This document shows, piece by piece, positions 1 through 12,477 of a stretch of DNA of 64,000 bases. The stretch is from Octopus sinensis (lineage: Eukaryota), in the NCBI RefSeq assembly GCF_006345805.1, contig NC_043025.1, positions 10,106,001-10,170,000 on the forward strand, given 5' to 3'. The notes beneath the pieces were generated by a model. The model saw only the letters and a program-made list of their open reading frames with translations, made no database searches and was not told where the DNA came from. The translations under genes were made by a program, and so were the position numbers. The stretch's first letter is position 1, and each line of letters begins with the position of its first letter.

Positions 1-732
1 TTTCAAAAAAGCTGAAAATATCTTCCCAAAAGTTCGTACAACAAATATATATATATATATATATATTACACAGAAATATATATTGACATTCAACTATAAT
101 TTCATGGCCTATATTATATAATAAATAACAACTATATTTATTAATTAAATAATTAGTATTTATTAATTCACTAATTAGATATATTTAATCACACCCACCT
201 TCCCTCCATAGAAACATAATATAATAAAATTAAAGAAAAATAAAATAAAAATCATCAGTACAAGTTTCAAATATGGCTTAACGAAAACCTGTCACACCAA
301 AAACTATCGTAAGTCGCTTAAATTTCAACCTTTACACTATATATTTCTGTTTAATTTTCACTGAATTTTGTTCGTCTGACATTTCATAAAGTTTTTCGTC
401 GAAAAATATTTATTGTTTTCCATAAGAAACTTAGATATTTCTTCAATGTAATTACACACATCTGTGTATATATATACATGTATATGTGTGTATGCGAAGT
501 TAGCAATGTAGTTTAGCAGACATCATGTCGTCTGCCTTTCACCTGGTGGTTGTATTCCAACATCAGCTTTGTACTTATTTTTTTTCGTTGTATATGTTAC
601 TACACCTATTAATTCGAATTCCACACATACTCAGTATATATATATATATATGTGTATGTATGTATGTACATATATACATATAGTTAAAAATTGTACAAAA
701 AAATGACAGACGCAGGTGAGGGAACATTATAT

Positions 733-866
733 TTATATTTTACATGTTTTTTTATATATATATATATATACACTCACGTGTGTGTATATATATATATATA
801 ATGTATAATATATATACACACACACACTCACATGTGTGTATGTATATATTATATATACACACACAC

Positions 867-904
<38 letters not shown>

Positions 905-941
905 GTGTGTATGTATATATATATATATACACACATGTGTG

Positions 942-972
<31 letters not shown>

Positions 973-1038
973 GTGTATGTTATATATATATACACACATG
1001 TGTGTATGTATATATTATATATAATAGATATATATATA

Positions 1039-1077
<39 letters not shown>

Positions 1078-1130
1078 TCACATGTGTATGTATGTATATA
1101 TATATATATATAATATATATATATATTGTC
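733..1130. repeat. Compound (TA)n/(CA)n/(TG)n microsatellite
   Basis: Pure dinucleotide mosaic; explains the YI/CV/HT ORFs. Confidence 0.95.
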
Positions 1131-1871
1131 ACGTCCTCTACTTTCTAATGGTTGTTCTTAGGTTACGAGTTCAAATCCATTTGGTTGATATACTGCTGAG
1201 GGACTGTTGTCAGTTCAGACAACCACCGATACCCGGGTAGCATTTCAATGTAAAGTCGACCTCGGCTGGACTTGAACTCGCCACCGTAAAAGGGGACATG
1301 CACCCACGTGTGTCTTTGTGGGTGCGTATGTGTGTATATACGTGTTCGGCATATGTATATAAAAGGCATATTTGCAGATTCATGCCCCACTGACATTCGT
1401 TTGCTTATAACTTTTTACAAACTCTATATTTTTTGATGAAATTTTACAGAGATATGTTTTCTAGGGTGTAGATTACAATTATGTTGTTAAAACTTCGAAA
1501 TAAGTCTTTGGAAAAGTTTCAGAACGTTCCTTTCTTTCCCACCCTTTCAACTTCAATACCACCAACTTCCATGTCTGTAGTATTTTTACTTTTTATTTTA
1601 TTTTTTTTTCTCTGAATTATGTGTCTTAAACATTGAATTACGTATTGTATACCTTCAGAAACGTATCTTTACGTAATTTCATGAAAAAAAAAAAAGGTAT
1701 TTTATTCAAATCGTGAGGAATCAAACTCGTTGGGGCCCCAAACAGTAGTTATGCACATAGGTTGAGCGCTTAAAATTTTCTAATTTTAACAACTACCGAT
1801 TTACCACCTCGGTTGCATATGATGTCACAGCGCTAAAGAGACATCACTTCTCTCTCTCTCCCCTCCCTCTC

Positions 1872-2373
1872 TCTGTGACTGTGTGAGAAGAAGTTTGTTT
1901 TCCAACCACATGGTTCCGAGTTCAATCCTACTGCGTGGCACCTTGGGCAAGTGTCACCCACAATAGCGTCGGGCCGACCAAAGCCTTGTGAGTGGATTTG
2001 GTAGACAGAAACGGCGTAACTTCGGTATAGGTACCGGAAGTACCGGATACATTTCAAGAAAGTGTTTTTTTTTAAATATATATATATGGAGGGGTTAGAG
2101 GTGGGAGAAAAGGGTTTCTGTTATCTTCAGAAATGTAAACAAAGAGCCACTTACGGTACCTATACCGAAGGATCGCCACCACCACTGCTTGACAACCGGA
2201 GATGGGTTTGTTTACGTCTCCGTAACTTAGGCGTTCGGCAAAAGAGACCGATGGAATCAGTACTAGGCTTTAAAAAATAAGTCCTGGGGGCGATTTGTTC
2301 GACTAAAACCTATCAAGGTGGTGCTCCAACATGGCCACGGCCCAAAGATTGAAACATGTAAAAGTTAAAAGTA
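1872..2373 (+). mobile_element. SINE type A, diverged full-length copy
   Basis: Head ...ccaaccacatggttccgagttcaatcc, GGCACCTTGGGCAAGTGTC body, right arm ending gaaacatgtaaaag. Confidence 0.85.
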
Positions 2374-2383
2374 TATATACTCT

Positions 2384-2418
<35 letters not shown>

Positions 2419-3018
2419 GATAGATAGATAGATAGATGAGACGTCCTTGTACAATAACGTCGTAAATTATATAGTATTGTCAAAATGAATTTCTTTGGAT
2501 GTGTGTTTTAGGCATCTCACAAAGCTAGTTTGACATTCTTTCTTTAAGAGCTGAGACAATGATTCATGAAAAAATAAATTTGAAAAAAATAAATTCACCC
2601 CCACCCAAAAAATACTGAAAATCTACAGAAAAAGTGGAGGCTGCCACTCCTCCTTTACTGATTTTGTTTTTTTTGTTTCATTGGAATACTTAAAATGTAT
2701 GTGGTTACTTGACTGGGAACTAACTACAACTGCTGTTGCTTATCTACCAGTTAGTCATCAGTTATTACTTAAAATATACAGTTGTAAAAAAAAAATACTG
2801 TTTTATAGTGGGCTAGATAATTTCCGACGCTATTCTACAGGAATGCTCCAACATCAGTGGTGGGTGGGGGGGACGGATAGATAGAGACAAATTGTTTTTA
2901 TTACCAACAGACATACACGGCTGTATCGATTTCGATGTTTAATTGGGGCATTATCGACTTCCAGTTGGAGGATAAGCAAATTCTGTCAGCAGCTGTGTGT
3001 ATATATGCATATTATATA

Positions 3019-3427
3019 GGTGCAGGAGTGGCTGTGTGGTAAGTAGCTTGCTTACCAACCACATGGTTCCGGGTTCAGTCCCACTGCGTGGCACCTTGGG
3101 CAAGTATCTTCTACTATAGCCCCGGGCCGACCAATGCCTTGTGAGTGGATTTGGTAGACGGAAACTGAAAGAAGCCCATCGTATATATGTGTATATATAT
3201 ATATATATATGTGTGTTTGTGTGTCTGTGTTTGTCCCCCTAGCATTGCTTGACAACCGATGCTGGTGTGTTTACGTCCCCGTCACTTAGCGGTTAGGCAA
3301 AAGAGACCGATCGAATAAGTACTGGGCTTACAAAAGAATAAGTCCCGGGTTCGAGTTGCTCGATTAAAGGTGGTGCTCCAGCATGACCGCAGTCAAATGA
3401 CTGAAACAAGTAAAAGAGTAAAGAGTA
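3019..3427 (+). mobile_element. SINE type A (tRNA-derived, bipartite with internal microsatellite), full length
   Basis: A-box-like TGGCTGTGTGG and B-box-like GGTTCAGTCCC, internal (TA)/(TG)n, tail GGTGCTCCAGCATGACCGCAGTCAAATGACTGAAACAAGTAAAAGAG; more than 15 related copies in the window. Confidence 0.92.
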
Positions 3428-3466
3428 TATGTGTGTGTGTGTGGTGTATGTATGTATGTATGTGTG

Positions 3467-3497
<31 letters not shown>

Positions 3498-3516
3498 ATA
3501 TATAATATATATATGT

Positions 3517-3875
3517 GTGTGTCTGTTTGTCCCCCACCATTGCTTGACAACCGATGCTGGTGTGTTTATGTCCCTGTAACTTAGCTGTTCGGCAAAAGAT
3601 ACTGATAGAATAAGTACTAGGCTTATAAAGAATAAGTTCCAGAGTCGATTTCTTCAACTAAAGGCGGTGCTCCAGCATGGCCACAGTCAAATGACTGAAA
3701 TAAATAAAAGAATAAAAGGATATATGCTTATGCATGTAAACCCCCTGGATTCATTTATTTTTGAGCCTCGCACTTGTTCTATTGGTCTCTTTTGCCAAAC
3801 CACTAAGTTACGGGGATGTAAACACACCATCACTGGTTGTCAAGCAGTGGTGATGGACAAAGTCATACACACACA
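3517..3875. mobile_element. Two SINE A right arms (3517-3716 plus, 3735-3875 minus)
   Basis: Similarity to the right arm of 3019-3427. Confidence 0.85.
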
Positions 3876-3900
3876 AATATTTATAAGTAGTTGGCGTCTA

Positions 3901-4089
3901 TGTCTGGTCCTATAGTGACCAGTGGTTTCACATCCAAAAAGGGCTTAGCCCTGTGAACACTTCGTCAGACCCTAAAGCCAAAGACAAACATAACTCTTCA
4001 CATTTGTCTTCGGCTTTAGGGTCTGATGAGACGCCTTCGACACTAAGGCCTTTGTGGATGCAAAACCCTTGGTCACTGTGACCAGATAT
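3901..4089. repeat. Long imperfect inverted repeat (fold-back, about 88-bp arms, 14-nt loop)
   Basis: tcgtcagaccctaaagccaaagacaaa / tttgtcttcggctttagggtctgatga, with outer arms gtgacca...tggtcac. Confidence 0.85.
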
Positions 4090-4131
4090 ACTCAACTCCC
4101 TATAATTACATTACTGCTGTGTACTTTAGAG

Positions 4132-4200
4132 CAGTGTTTCTCAACCAGGGTTTCCCGGAACCCTTGGGTTCCGCAAAGATTTCCTAGGGGTTCCACGAGA
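4132..4200 (+). mobile_element. hAT (Charlie-like) MITE left end, truncated
   Basis: Terminus CAGTGTTTCTCAACC preceded by the 8-mer CTTTAGAG, a Charlie-type target; no right end found. Confidence 0.55.
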
Positions 4201-4234
4201 TAGAGTGAGATAAGCTAACATCATGATCATAATA

Positions 4235-4853
4235 TCTATATATATAAAACTGTAGTTGTGTGAGTGTCTGTCCCCTTCGATTTAGATTCCTAACTCCTCC
4301 CACATTTTGCGGTGCAGTTTAACCAAATTCAGGTATCTTATGGTCGTGATTAATATCGAGCCCGTCTGGCTATTAGCGCGCGTCTACGATGAGTCTACGA
4401 TTTTAAAAATAATTTAACATCATTTTTTATTCCATTTTAATGCATAATTTTTCGTGTGTCGATGGCGGCGGAGTTGGCGTCCACTCTCAAACACCTGCAC
4501 CTGTGTTTGCTTCTCCCCCTTCTTCCCTCCCTCGTGAAGCTGTGGGGAAGGGAGTTTAAGGAAATCAACGTCGTAATGCGTTGTCAAGGAGACCAGCGTT
4601 CTTTTAGAACAACGACTTCATGGCTTGAAGACACCAAAACAGAAATGGCTAAGAAAGCCCGAATTGGCATCTATAAGGGAAGTAACTCTCTAAAAATGTC
4701 TACGATGAATCAACGATTTAAAAAAAAATTTTACCATATTTTTTTTTCCATTTTTAATGCATTTTTTTTGCTATTTTTTGGCTATAACTCTCTAAAAATG
4801 CTTATATAGTTATTTCCCTTACAAACCCAAGCAACGCCAGGCGATACTGATAG
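4235..4853 (+). mobile_element. Non-autonomous Helitron-like element
   Basis: A|TC start, 3' GC hairpin CCCAAGCAACGCCAGG then GATACTGATAG|T (degenerate CTAG), no TSD. Confidence 0.8.
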
Positions 4854-4963
4854 TCTTTATATAAAAAGCTGAAGTTGTCTGTGTATGGCAGGTTTGGTAG
4901 CCTTCAACTAACACTATCTCCTCCAAGACCCTGCGGCGCAAGTTGACCAAAATTGAGAGTATG
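4854..4963 (+). mobile_element. Helitron-like 5' fragment abutting the previous copy
   Basis: TC start; nearly identical to 6720-6826. Confidence 0.75.
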
Positions 4964-4964
4964 C

Positions 4965-5359
4965 TGTTTTATTGTCCTTGATTGCGTTTTTGTTTCATTT
5001 TATATATATACATACACACACACATCCAGACCACCAGCCCTCTTTCACACGCACATACATACTCTCTTATACACACACGCACCTTTGTGTTGGGGGCACC
5101 TTCATATTGGAAGTCACTTGACCCTTTTATCTCCCCTACTGTCCCTCTTGTGTCTGACCACTGTCCGAAGTCAGGACACCATGATAGATCGTTAGCCACT
5201 ACACACATTTTTTTTCTCTCCTTGTTTTCCGTGTATCTTTCTGTCCAAGAGCATAGGCTCGAAACGTAAAAGACTGTTTCTATTCCTGAGTGCTATACTA
5301 ATACATTTGTTTGTTTGTACTCCACCTGCCTTTGTCGTTTGTTTATTTTTGTAAACTCT

Positions 5360-5385
<26 letters not shown>
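4965..5385 (+). mobile_element. Short Penelope-like (pLTR-derived) element with a degenerate hammerhead motif
   Basis: TCTTT-CTGTCCAA-GAGCATAGGCTC-GAAACGTA-AAAGA at 5236-5273; ends in (TA)n; related copy at 53040-53235. Confidence 0.55.
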
Positions 5386-5399
<14 letters not shown>

Positions 5400-5401
<2 letters not shown>

Positions 5402-5742
5402 GATGGACCTCTTTCAGTTTCCGTCTACCAAATCTACTCACAAGGATTTGGTCAGCCTGAGGTTATAGTAGAGGACACTTGCCCAAGGTGCCAGGCAGTG
5501 GGACTGAACCTGGAACCATGTGGTTGCTAAACAAGCTACTTATTACACAGCCACTCCTGCACCTATATATATATACACATACCAAGAGCTTCTTTCAGTT
5601 TCCATTTAACAAATCAACTCACAAGGCTTTGGTCAGCCCACAACTACAGTAGAAGACACTTGCCCGAGGTACCACGCAGTGGCATTGAACCAGGAACCAT
5701 GTGGTTGGGAAGCAAGCTTCTAACCACACAGCCAAACCTGCA
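5400..5742 (-). mobile_element. Two SINE A left arms in tandem
   Basis: 5400-5563 and 5584-5742 match the reverse complement of the SINE A head and body. Confidence 0.85.
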
Positions 5743-5993
5743 CAAGGGGCTGCGCAGGGTACTGACCCCAAAGCTATATGGTTGGCAATGGCCGATGATT
5801 AAACTTCAGAGGCAGCAGCAAAGTATAAAGTAATTCGTTAATTAATTATTTTATTCGAAAGTTCATTAACGTAGATTAGAAAAAGAATTGGGTCAATGCC
5901 TTTGATACGTCTAAAGTATTTTATCTGGCTTAGGTCCGTTAATTAATACTTGAGTCAGAGAGAGAGAGAGAGAAGGGATATATGTATATAAGA

Positions 5994-6365
5994 CTAGCAG
6001 TATCGCCCGGCGTTGCTCAGGTTTGTAAGGGAAATAACTATAAAGCATTTTTAGAGAGTTATAGCAAAAAAATGGAAAAAATGATAGTAAATTTTTTTTG
6101 AGAGTTAAAAAAGGTGGAGTTGCGTCCCCTAGACAGTTTGTGGTTTGTGTTTCTGATTCTCGACCCCATGTCGAATTTATCGATTTTTTTCAGAACTGGG
6201 GGAACTTTTCAAAATTTTCGCTGCGTTAGTTTTGAATTATGACATTGGGCTATGTGTGTGTCAAGTTTCATCAGAATCGGTTGAAAGCCGTGGTCAGGGT
6301 GAGGGTACAAGCAAACAGACACACAGAAACACGCACAGACAAACTGCCGTTTATATAGAGAGAGA
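5994..6365 (-). mobile_element. Non-autonomous Helitron-like element
   Basis: Minus strand: A|TC start at 6365, 3' end CCTGAGCAACGCCGGGCGATACTGCTAG|T at 5994. Confidence 0.85.
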
Positions 6366-6372
6366 TATAATG

Positions 6373-6548
6373 TGCAGGCATGGCTGTGTGGTTAAGATGT
6401 TTGCTTTGCACCCATGTGGTTCCAGGTTCAGTCCCACTGTGTAACTCATTGAGTGAATGTTTTTTTTTTCTATTATTGTCCCTCCGCCTTCCAGCTAACC
6501 AAAACCTTGTGAGTGGATTTGGTAGAGGGGAAACTGAAAGAAGCCTGT
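6373..6548 (+). mobile_element. SINE A left arm
   Basis: Similarity to 3019-3185. Confidence 0.8.
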
Positions 6549-6705
6549 TGTGTATGTATGTGTGTGTTTGTGTTTGTATCAGTTTGTGTATGTATAATGT
6601 ATGTGTGTGTGTATGTGTTGGTTTATGTATGTATGCGTGTATGTATGTATTTTTGTTTGTGTGTTTGACTGAGTGGTAGAATGGTGGTTTGTCTCTAAAT
6701 TAGTA

Positions 6706-6999
6706 ATATATATATATATATATATATAAAGCTGAAGTTGTCTGTGTGGCAGGTTTGGTAGTCTTCAACTAACACAATCTCCTCATTGACCCTGCGGCGC
6801 AAGTTGACCAAAATTGAGAGTATGATAGAAGAAGGCTTGCTCTTCATTCCGTAGGAGATAAAATTCAAATTGGACCACAACCAGAAAAATGTTCACTTAA
6901 AGAGAATAACAAGCTACATAATGCAAAACTTTTACTTTTCAAAAATTCCAATTCTAAAGGGTCGAAAAAAACCTGAGCAACACCAGGCGATACTGCTAG
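6706..6999 (+). mobile_element. Non-autonomous Helitron-like element
   Basis: 3' CCTGAGCAACACCAGGCGATACTGCTAG|T; 5' end in a (TA)n run. Confidence 0.85.
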
Positions 7000-7039
<40 letters not shown>

Positions 7040-7654
7040 ATAATAATAATAATATTAGGGAATAAATCCAAACTTACAGGGAAAAATTAGATTTAGGATT
7101 AAATCCAATTTTATAGTATAAATATATTATATTATATTAAATTAAATTAGAGATAAAACCACTATTAGGCAAATCAAACAGTGAAAAACATAAGCCAATA
7201 CATAAAATTAACTTAAAAATATAAAAGTTAAAAATAAAAAATTATTTAAATAATTTAAACTTATAAATTTTATATATATATACAAATATATATATATATG
7301 TATGTATAATATTTTTATATTTATATATTATTTTATTTATTTATTAATTAATTAATTAATTTTTTTTTTTAAATATCAAAAGTATTAAAAGTTTAATAAA
7401 AGATAAAGATATTGTAACGTATATTTGCCAACTAAGTGTAGCGTCCTACACCGGACAATACTACTGTTGTTTATAGCCCCAGGAAGACATCTCCTCCAGT
7501 TGGCTAACGACTCACAGTCTGTGTCCGATTAGTATTTGCGAGGGGAGGTCATCACTCCCATCTCTAGCCTTACATGATACACACAGACTCGAGTTTCTGG
7601 GTGGTTGCCCGTGTGTTAATCACTAGCTAGTGATGAAAGCTCATTCATATGTAT

Positions 7655-8060
7655 AAGGCGGTGAGCTGGTAGAATCATTAGCATGCCGGGCGAAATGCGT
7701 AGCCGTATTTCGTCTGCCGCTACGTTCTGAGTTCAAATTCCGCCGAGGTCGACTTTGCCTTTCATCTTTTCAGGGTCGATTAAATTAAGTACCAGTTACG
7801 CACTAGGGTCGATGTAATCGACTTAATCAGTTTGTCTCCTCTGAGTTTAGCCCCTTGTGGGTAGTAAAGAAATAGGTATATCATCTGCCGCTACGTTCTG
7901 AGTTCAAATTCCGCCGAGGTCGACTTTGCCTTTCATCCTTCCGGGGGTCGATAAATTAAGTACCAGTTACGCACTGGGGTCGATGTAATCGACTTAATCC
8001 GTTTGTCTGTCCTTGTTTGTCTCCTCTGATTAGCCCCTTGGGGTAGTAAAGAAATAGATA
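7655..8060 (+). mobile_element. SINE type B (tRNA-derived), one head plus two bodies
   Basis: Head AAGGCGGTGAGCTGGTAGAATC, B-box GAGTTCAAATTCC, core GCCTTTCATCCTTCCGGGGTCGATAAATTAAGTACC, tail CCCCTTGTGGGTAGTAAAGAAATAGG. Confidence 0.9.
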
Positions 8061-8962
8061 TGTATATTTAACTGGTTAGTGTTCGGTTAGGGTTGCCTCA
8101 TATCACTGCTCCATGATTCTTCTTTCTTCTGCCCAGTCATGTTGGCCCTACAGATGTCACTGCTCACTCTTTCTTCTTTACACCTTCGTTACTGTATTAT
8201 TTTGAGATGCTCTGTGTTTCTCTCAATTTTAAATATAAAAAGAATTTAGTAAAATAACTTAGTTATCATTCTAGCAGTGTAGGAACAAATTGTGACTAAG
8301 GTTTGGCAGAAGATTTTAATTCAAAACTTATGAAAACAAGACATTTGTACTACAGACCCAGTGGTGATTTCAGCCAAGTTTGTAATCGACTTAATCCGTT
8401 TGTCTCCTCTGAGTTTAGCCCCTTGTGGGTAGTAAAGAAATAGGTATATCGTCTGCTGCTACGTTCTGAGTTCAAATTCCGCCGAGGTCGACTTTGCCTT
8501 TCATCCTTCCGGGGGTCGATAAATTAAGTACCAGTTACGCACTGGGGTCGATGTAATCGACTTAATCCGTTTGTCTGTCCTTGTTTGTCTCCTCTGAGTT
8601 TAGCCCCTTGTGGGTAGTAAAGAAATAAATATGTATATATTTAACTGGTTAGTGTTCGGTTAGGGTTGCCTCATATCACTGCTCCATGATTCTTCTTTCT
8701 TCTGCCCAGTCATGTTGGCCCTACAGATGTCACTGCTCACTCTTTCTTCTTTACACCTTTCGTTACTGTATTTATTTTGAGATGCTCTGTGTTTCTCTCA
8801 ATTTTAAATATAACAAAGAATTTAGTAAAATAACTTAGTTATCATTCAGCTAGTGTTAGGAACATAAATTGTGACTAAGGTTTGGCAGAAGATTTTAATT
8901 CAAAACTTATGAAAACAAGACATTTGTACTACAGACCCAGTGGTGATTTCAGCCAAGTTTGT
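7814..8962. repeat. Tandem duplication, period about 568 bp (SINE B part + unique spacer + MITE)
   Basis: gtaatcgacttaatc starts at both 7814 and 8382, and the downstream sequence is near-identical. Confidence 0.9.
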
Positions 8963-9460
8963 ATCAAAAGGGTTAAAAATATCATGGTGACTTGAACCCT
9001 TTTGTTACCATATTTCTGTTGAGATGCTCTGTGTTTCTCTCAATTTTAAATATAACAAAGAATTTAGTAAAATAACTTAGTTATCATTCAGCTAGTGTTA
9101 GGAACATAAATTGTGACTAAGGTTTGGCAGAAGATTTTAATTCAAAACTTATGAAAACAAGACATTTGTACTACAGACCCAGTGGTGATTTCAGCCAAGT
9201 TTGTATCAAAAGGGTTAAAAATATCATGGTGACTTTAACCCTTTTGTTACCATATTTCTGTTGAGATGCTCTGTGTTTCTCTCAATTTTAAATATAACAA
9301 AGAATTTAGTAAAATAACTTAGTTATCATTCAGCTAGTGTTAGGAACATAAACTGTGACTAAGGTTTGGTGGAAGATTTTAATTATCAGCTTATGAAAGC
9401 AAGACATTTGTACTACAGAGTCAGAGGCAGTTTCAGCCGGGTTGGTAACGAAAGGGTTAA
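8752..9460. mobile_element. Three consecutive copies of a TTAA piggyBac-type MITE (family D, about 220 bp)
   Basis: TTAA-CCCTTT(C/T)GTTAC ... GTAACGAAAGGG-TTAA termini; spacer aatatcatggtgact is repeated. Confidence 0.85.
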
Positions 9461-9599
9461 TCAGGCATCATCTGTGTCTTCTACCTGCTGGGTCACAGTG
9501 CTAGTTAATATATAAATCAGCTCTCTCTCTCTCTCTCTCTTCTGACTTCACCCTACCTGCATATAAACATATACACACACATGCTGATTACAACTTCTT

Positions 9600-9965
9600 T
9601 TCAGAAGGGTGCCTTCCCTCCACTGAACACTGCCCAATTATATACACGCAAGTGGCTTCTCATCACAGCTTTCTTTCTGTTGGAACATTAACAGATGTCA
9701 CACTTTTATTTCTGTTTTTCAGTACAAACGTACCTCGGTGCAAATGGCTGTGAAACCATCTCACGAGCAGCTTGATTTCTCTCCCTGGCTCATGTCACTT
9801 TAGATGGTTGACAAACCCAGCTCTTGAGGGCAAAAATCCTCCACAAACATTGCTGTTCAATTCCTGCTGGGTTTCTGCAGGCCTTGCACTTGGGTCCCAC
9901 TTACAGAGTGAACGCTATAAAGCAGCATGCTCCACTTGGTTTTGTTCAAAGACACCACACCTGCA
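9600..9965 (-). mobile_element. Decayed RTE-type LINE 3' end with two degenerate C2H2 fingers
   Basis: Minus-strand translation VFEQNQVEHAAL*RSLCK...SNVCGGFLPSRAGFVNHLK*H and KCDIC*CSNRKKAVMRSHLRVY. Confidence 0.6.
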
Positions 9966-10039
9966 CTTTCTCTCCATGATCTGTAAACACACATATATAT
10001 ATTTACATAAACACACACACAAATATATGCATACAAATC

Positions 10040-10209
10040 TGTTTATCTATCTCTGTCTATCTATTTACATACCTACCTATCTGTCTGTCTGACTATTTAT
10101 TTACATACTTTTCTAGCTGTCTGTCTATGTTTGTCTATCTGTCTGTCTATCTAGCTATTTATCTACATGACTATCTATCTATCTGTCTGTCTGTCTATCT
10201 CTCTATCTG

Positions 10210-10267
<58 letters not shown>

Positions 10268-10309
10268 ATCTATCTATCTATCTATCTACCTCTCTGTCTA
10301 TCTGTCTGC

Positions 10310-10371
<62 letters not shown>

Positions 10372-10393
10372 GTCTGCCTATCTATCTGTCTGC

Positions 10394-10443
<50 letters not shown>

Positions 10444-10494
10444 GTCTATCTCTGTCTATCTGTCTATCTATCTATCTATCTATCTATCTACCTC

Positions 10495-10560
<66 letters not shown>

Positions 10561-10580
10561 CTCTCTGTCTATCTGTCTGC

Positions 10581-10650
<70 letters not shown>

Positions 10651-10783
10651 GTCTGCCTATCTATCTATCTCTCTGTCTATCTGTCTGCCTATCTATCTAT
10701 CTCTCTGTCTATCTGTCTGCCTATCTAATTATCTATCTATCTCTCTGTCTATCTGTCTGCCTATCTAATTATCTATCTATCTC
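10040..10783. repeat. (CTAT)n/(CTGT)n tetranucleotide array
   Basis: Direct inspection; source of the YLSI ORFs. Confidence 0.97.
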
Positions 10784-10784
10784 T

Positions 10785-11419
10785 CGGTGTCATATGAAAT
10801 TGTCACCCATAATTATAACCCTAGAATCGATCTATTGCATTTCAATCTGTTTTAGGGTTAGGGTTATGTCTGGGGGAAGGGTATCTTATTTTTCTTCACA
10901 AATGTAAATAAACCTAATCTGTTTCTTAAACGAGGGACATATTCATACGGCACAGAATGTTTTTTTACTTCAATAGACGTCATTGATTGGTTGAAATTGC
11001 AGAAATTTAAGAAAAACAACAACAAATATCTTACAAACTATAGAATTTTCTCAATAAAGCCAAGAGAAAAAGATGTTTTATAAACACATTCTACCAGTAT
11101 ACGAAGTTTAAAAGTGTTTAGTTATCTAGAAATTATGTTAAAAACAGCCGTTCAAACTGAAAAGATCCCTGTTTCTTAAACGAGGGACATATTCATACGG
11201 CACAGAATGTTTTTTTACCTCAATAGACGTCATTGATTGGTTGAAATTGCAGAAATTTAAGAAAAACAACAACAAATATGTTACAAACTATAGAATTTTC
11301 TCAATAAAGCCAAGAGAAAAAGATGTTTTATCAACACATTCTACCAGTATACGAAGTTTAAAAGTGTTTAGTTATCTAGAAATTATGTTAAAAACTGCCG
11401 TTCAAACCGAAAAAGATCC
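10785..11419 (+). mobile_element. MITE family F, left end lost, last ~250 bp duplicated in tandem
   Basis: Matches 16443-16864; the right TIR ...gttcaaac(t/c)gaaaagatcc ends at both 11168 and 11419. Confidence 0.85.
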
Positions 11420-11794
11420 GACCCTTCCCCTAAAATTTCAGGTTTTATGCTTATAGGATTACGTAGACTCATTTTTCTTAGCATTTTATATATATTTATT
11501 CGGTTCTAAGATAACTAACTTCATGTTCTTCTCTCCGGAGTTATTTCCCTTGAGAATATCATTTCCTTATAATCACTCTATACTGTATATACATTTTTGT
11601 GTATGCGTATACGCACGCACGCACACACACACACCACACACACACACACACATGTATGTACACTATATGTATAGTTTATATTTGTGTGTATATAAGGCAA
11701 TGTGTATATATGTCATGTGTGTTTGTGTATATTTTATCTGTGTGTGTGTGTGTAGGTGTATATATAATATATGTGTGTTTCGGGGGTTTTTTTT

Positions 11795-11985
11795 TTTACT
11801 TGTTTCTGTCATTTGACTGCGGCCATGCTGGAGCACCGCCTTTTTAGTCGAGCAAATCGACCCCGGGACTTATTCTTTGTAAGCTTAGTACTTATTATGT
11901 CGGTCTCTTTTGCCGAACCGCTAAGTGACAGGGACGTAAACACACCAGCATCGGTTGTCAAGCAATGCTAGGGGGACACACACAA

Positions 11986-12034
<49 letters not shown>

Positions 12035-12385
12035 ATACACATATATACGACGGGCTTCTTTCAGTTTCCGTCTACCAAATCCACTCACAAGGCATTGGTC
12101 TGCCCAGAGCTATAGCAGAAGACACTTGCCCAAGGTGCCACGCAGTGAGACTGAACCCGGAACCATGTGGGTGGTTAGCAAGCTACTTACCACACAGCCA
12201 GTGGTTATATTGGAGCACCACCTTGAAGGGTTTTCATTGAAGAAATAGACCCCAGGGTTTATTTCTTAAGCCTGATGCTTATTCTATTGGTCTCTTTTGC
12301 CGAACAGCTGTTATGGGGATGTAAGGACATCAACATCAGTTGTCAATCGGTGACAGGGGACAAACGCAGACACAAAGACACCCCA
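11795..12385 (-). mobile_element. SINE A full copy (11795-12200) plus extra right arm (12203-12385)
   Basis: Reverse-complement similarity to 3019-3427. Confidence 0.9.
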
Positions 12386-12477
12386 CCATATATATATGTA
12401 ATGACAAAAGAAAGCTAGTCTAATATTGGGGCATACGAGACCTCAGCAGAAAAAAAGTAAGGTCTATATATATATAA

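Noticed and set aside
10851-10865. TTAGGG telomere-like repeats
   Set aside because: Only two or three units, internal to MITE F (compare 16550)
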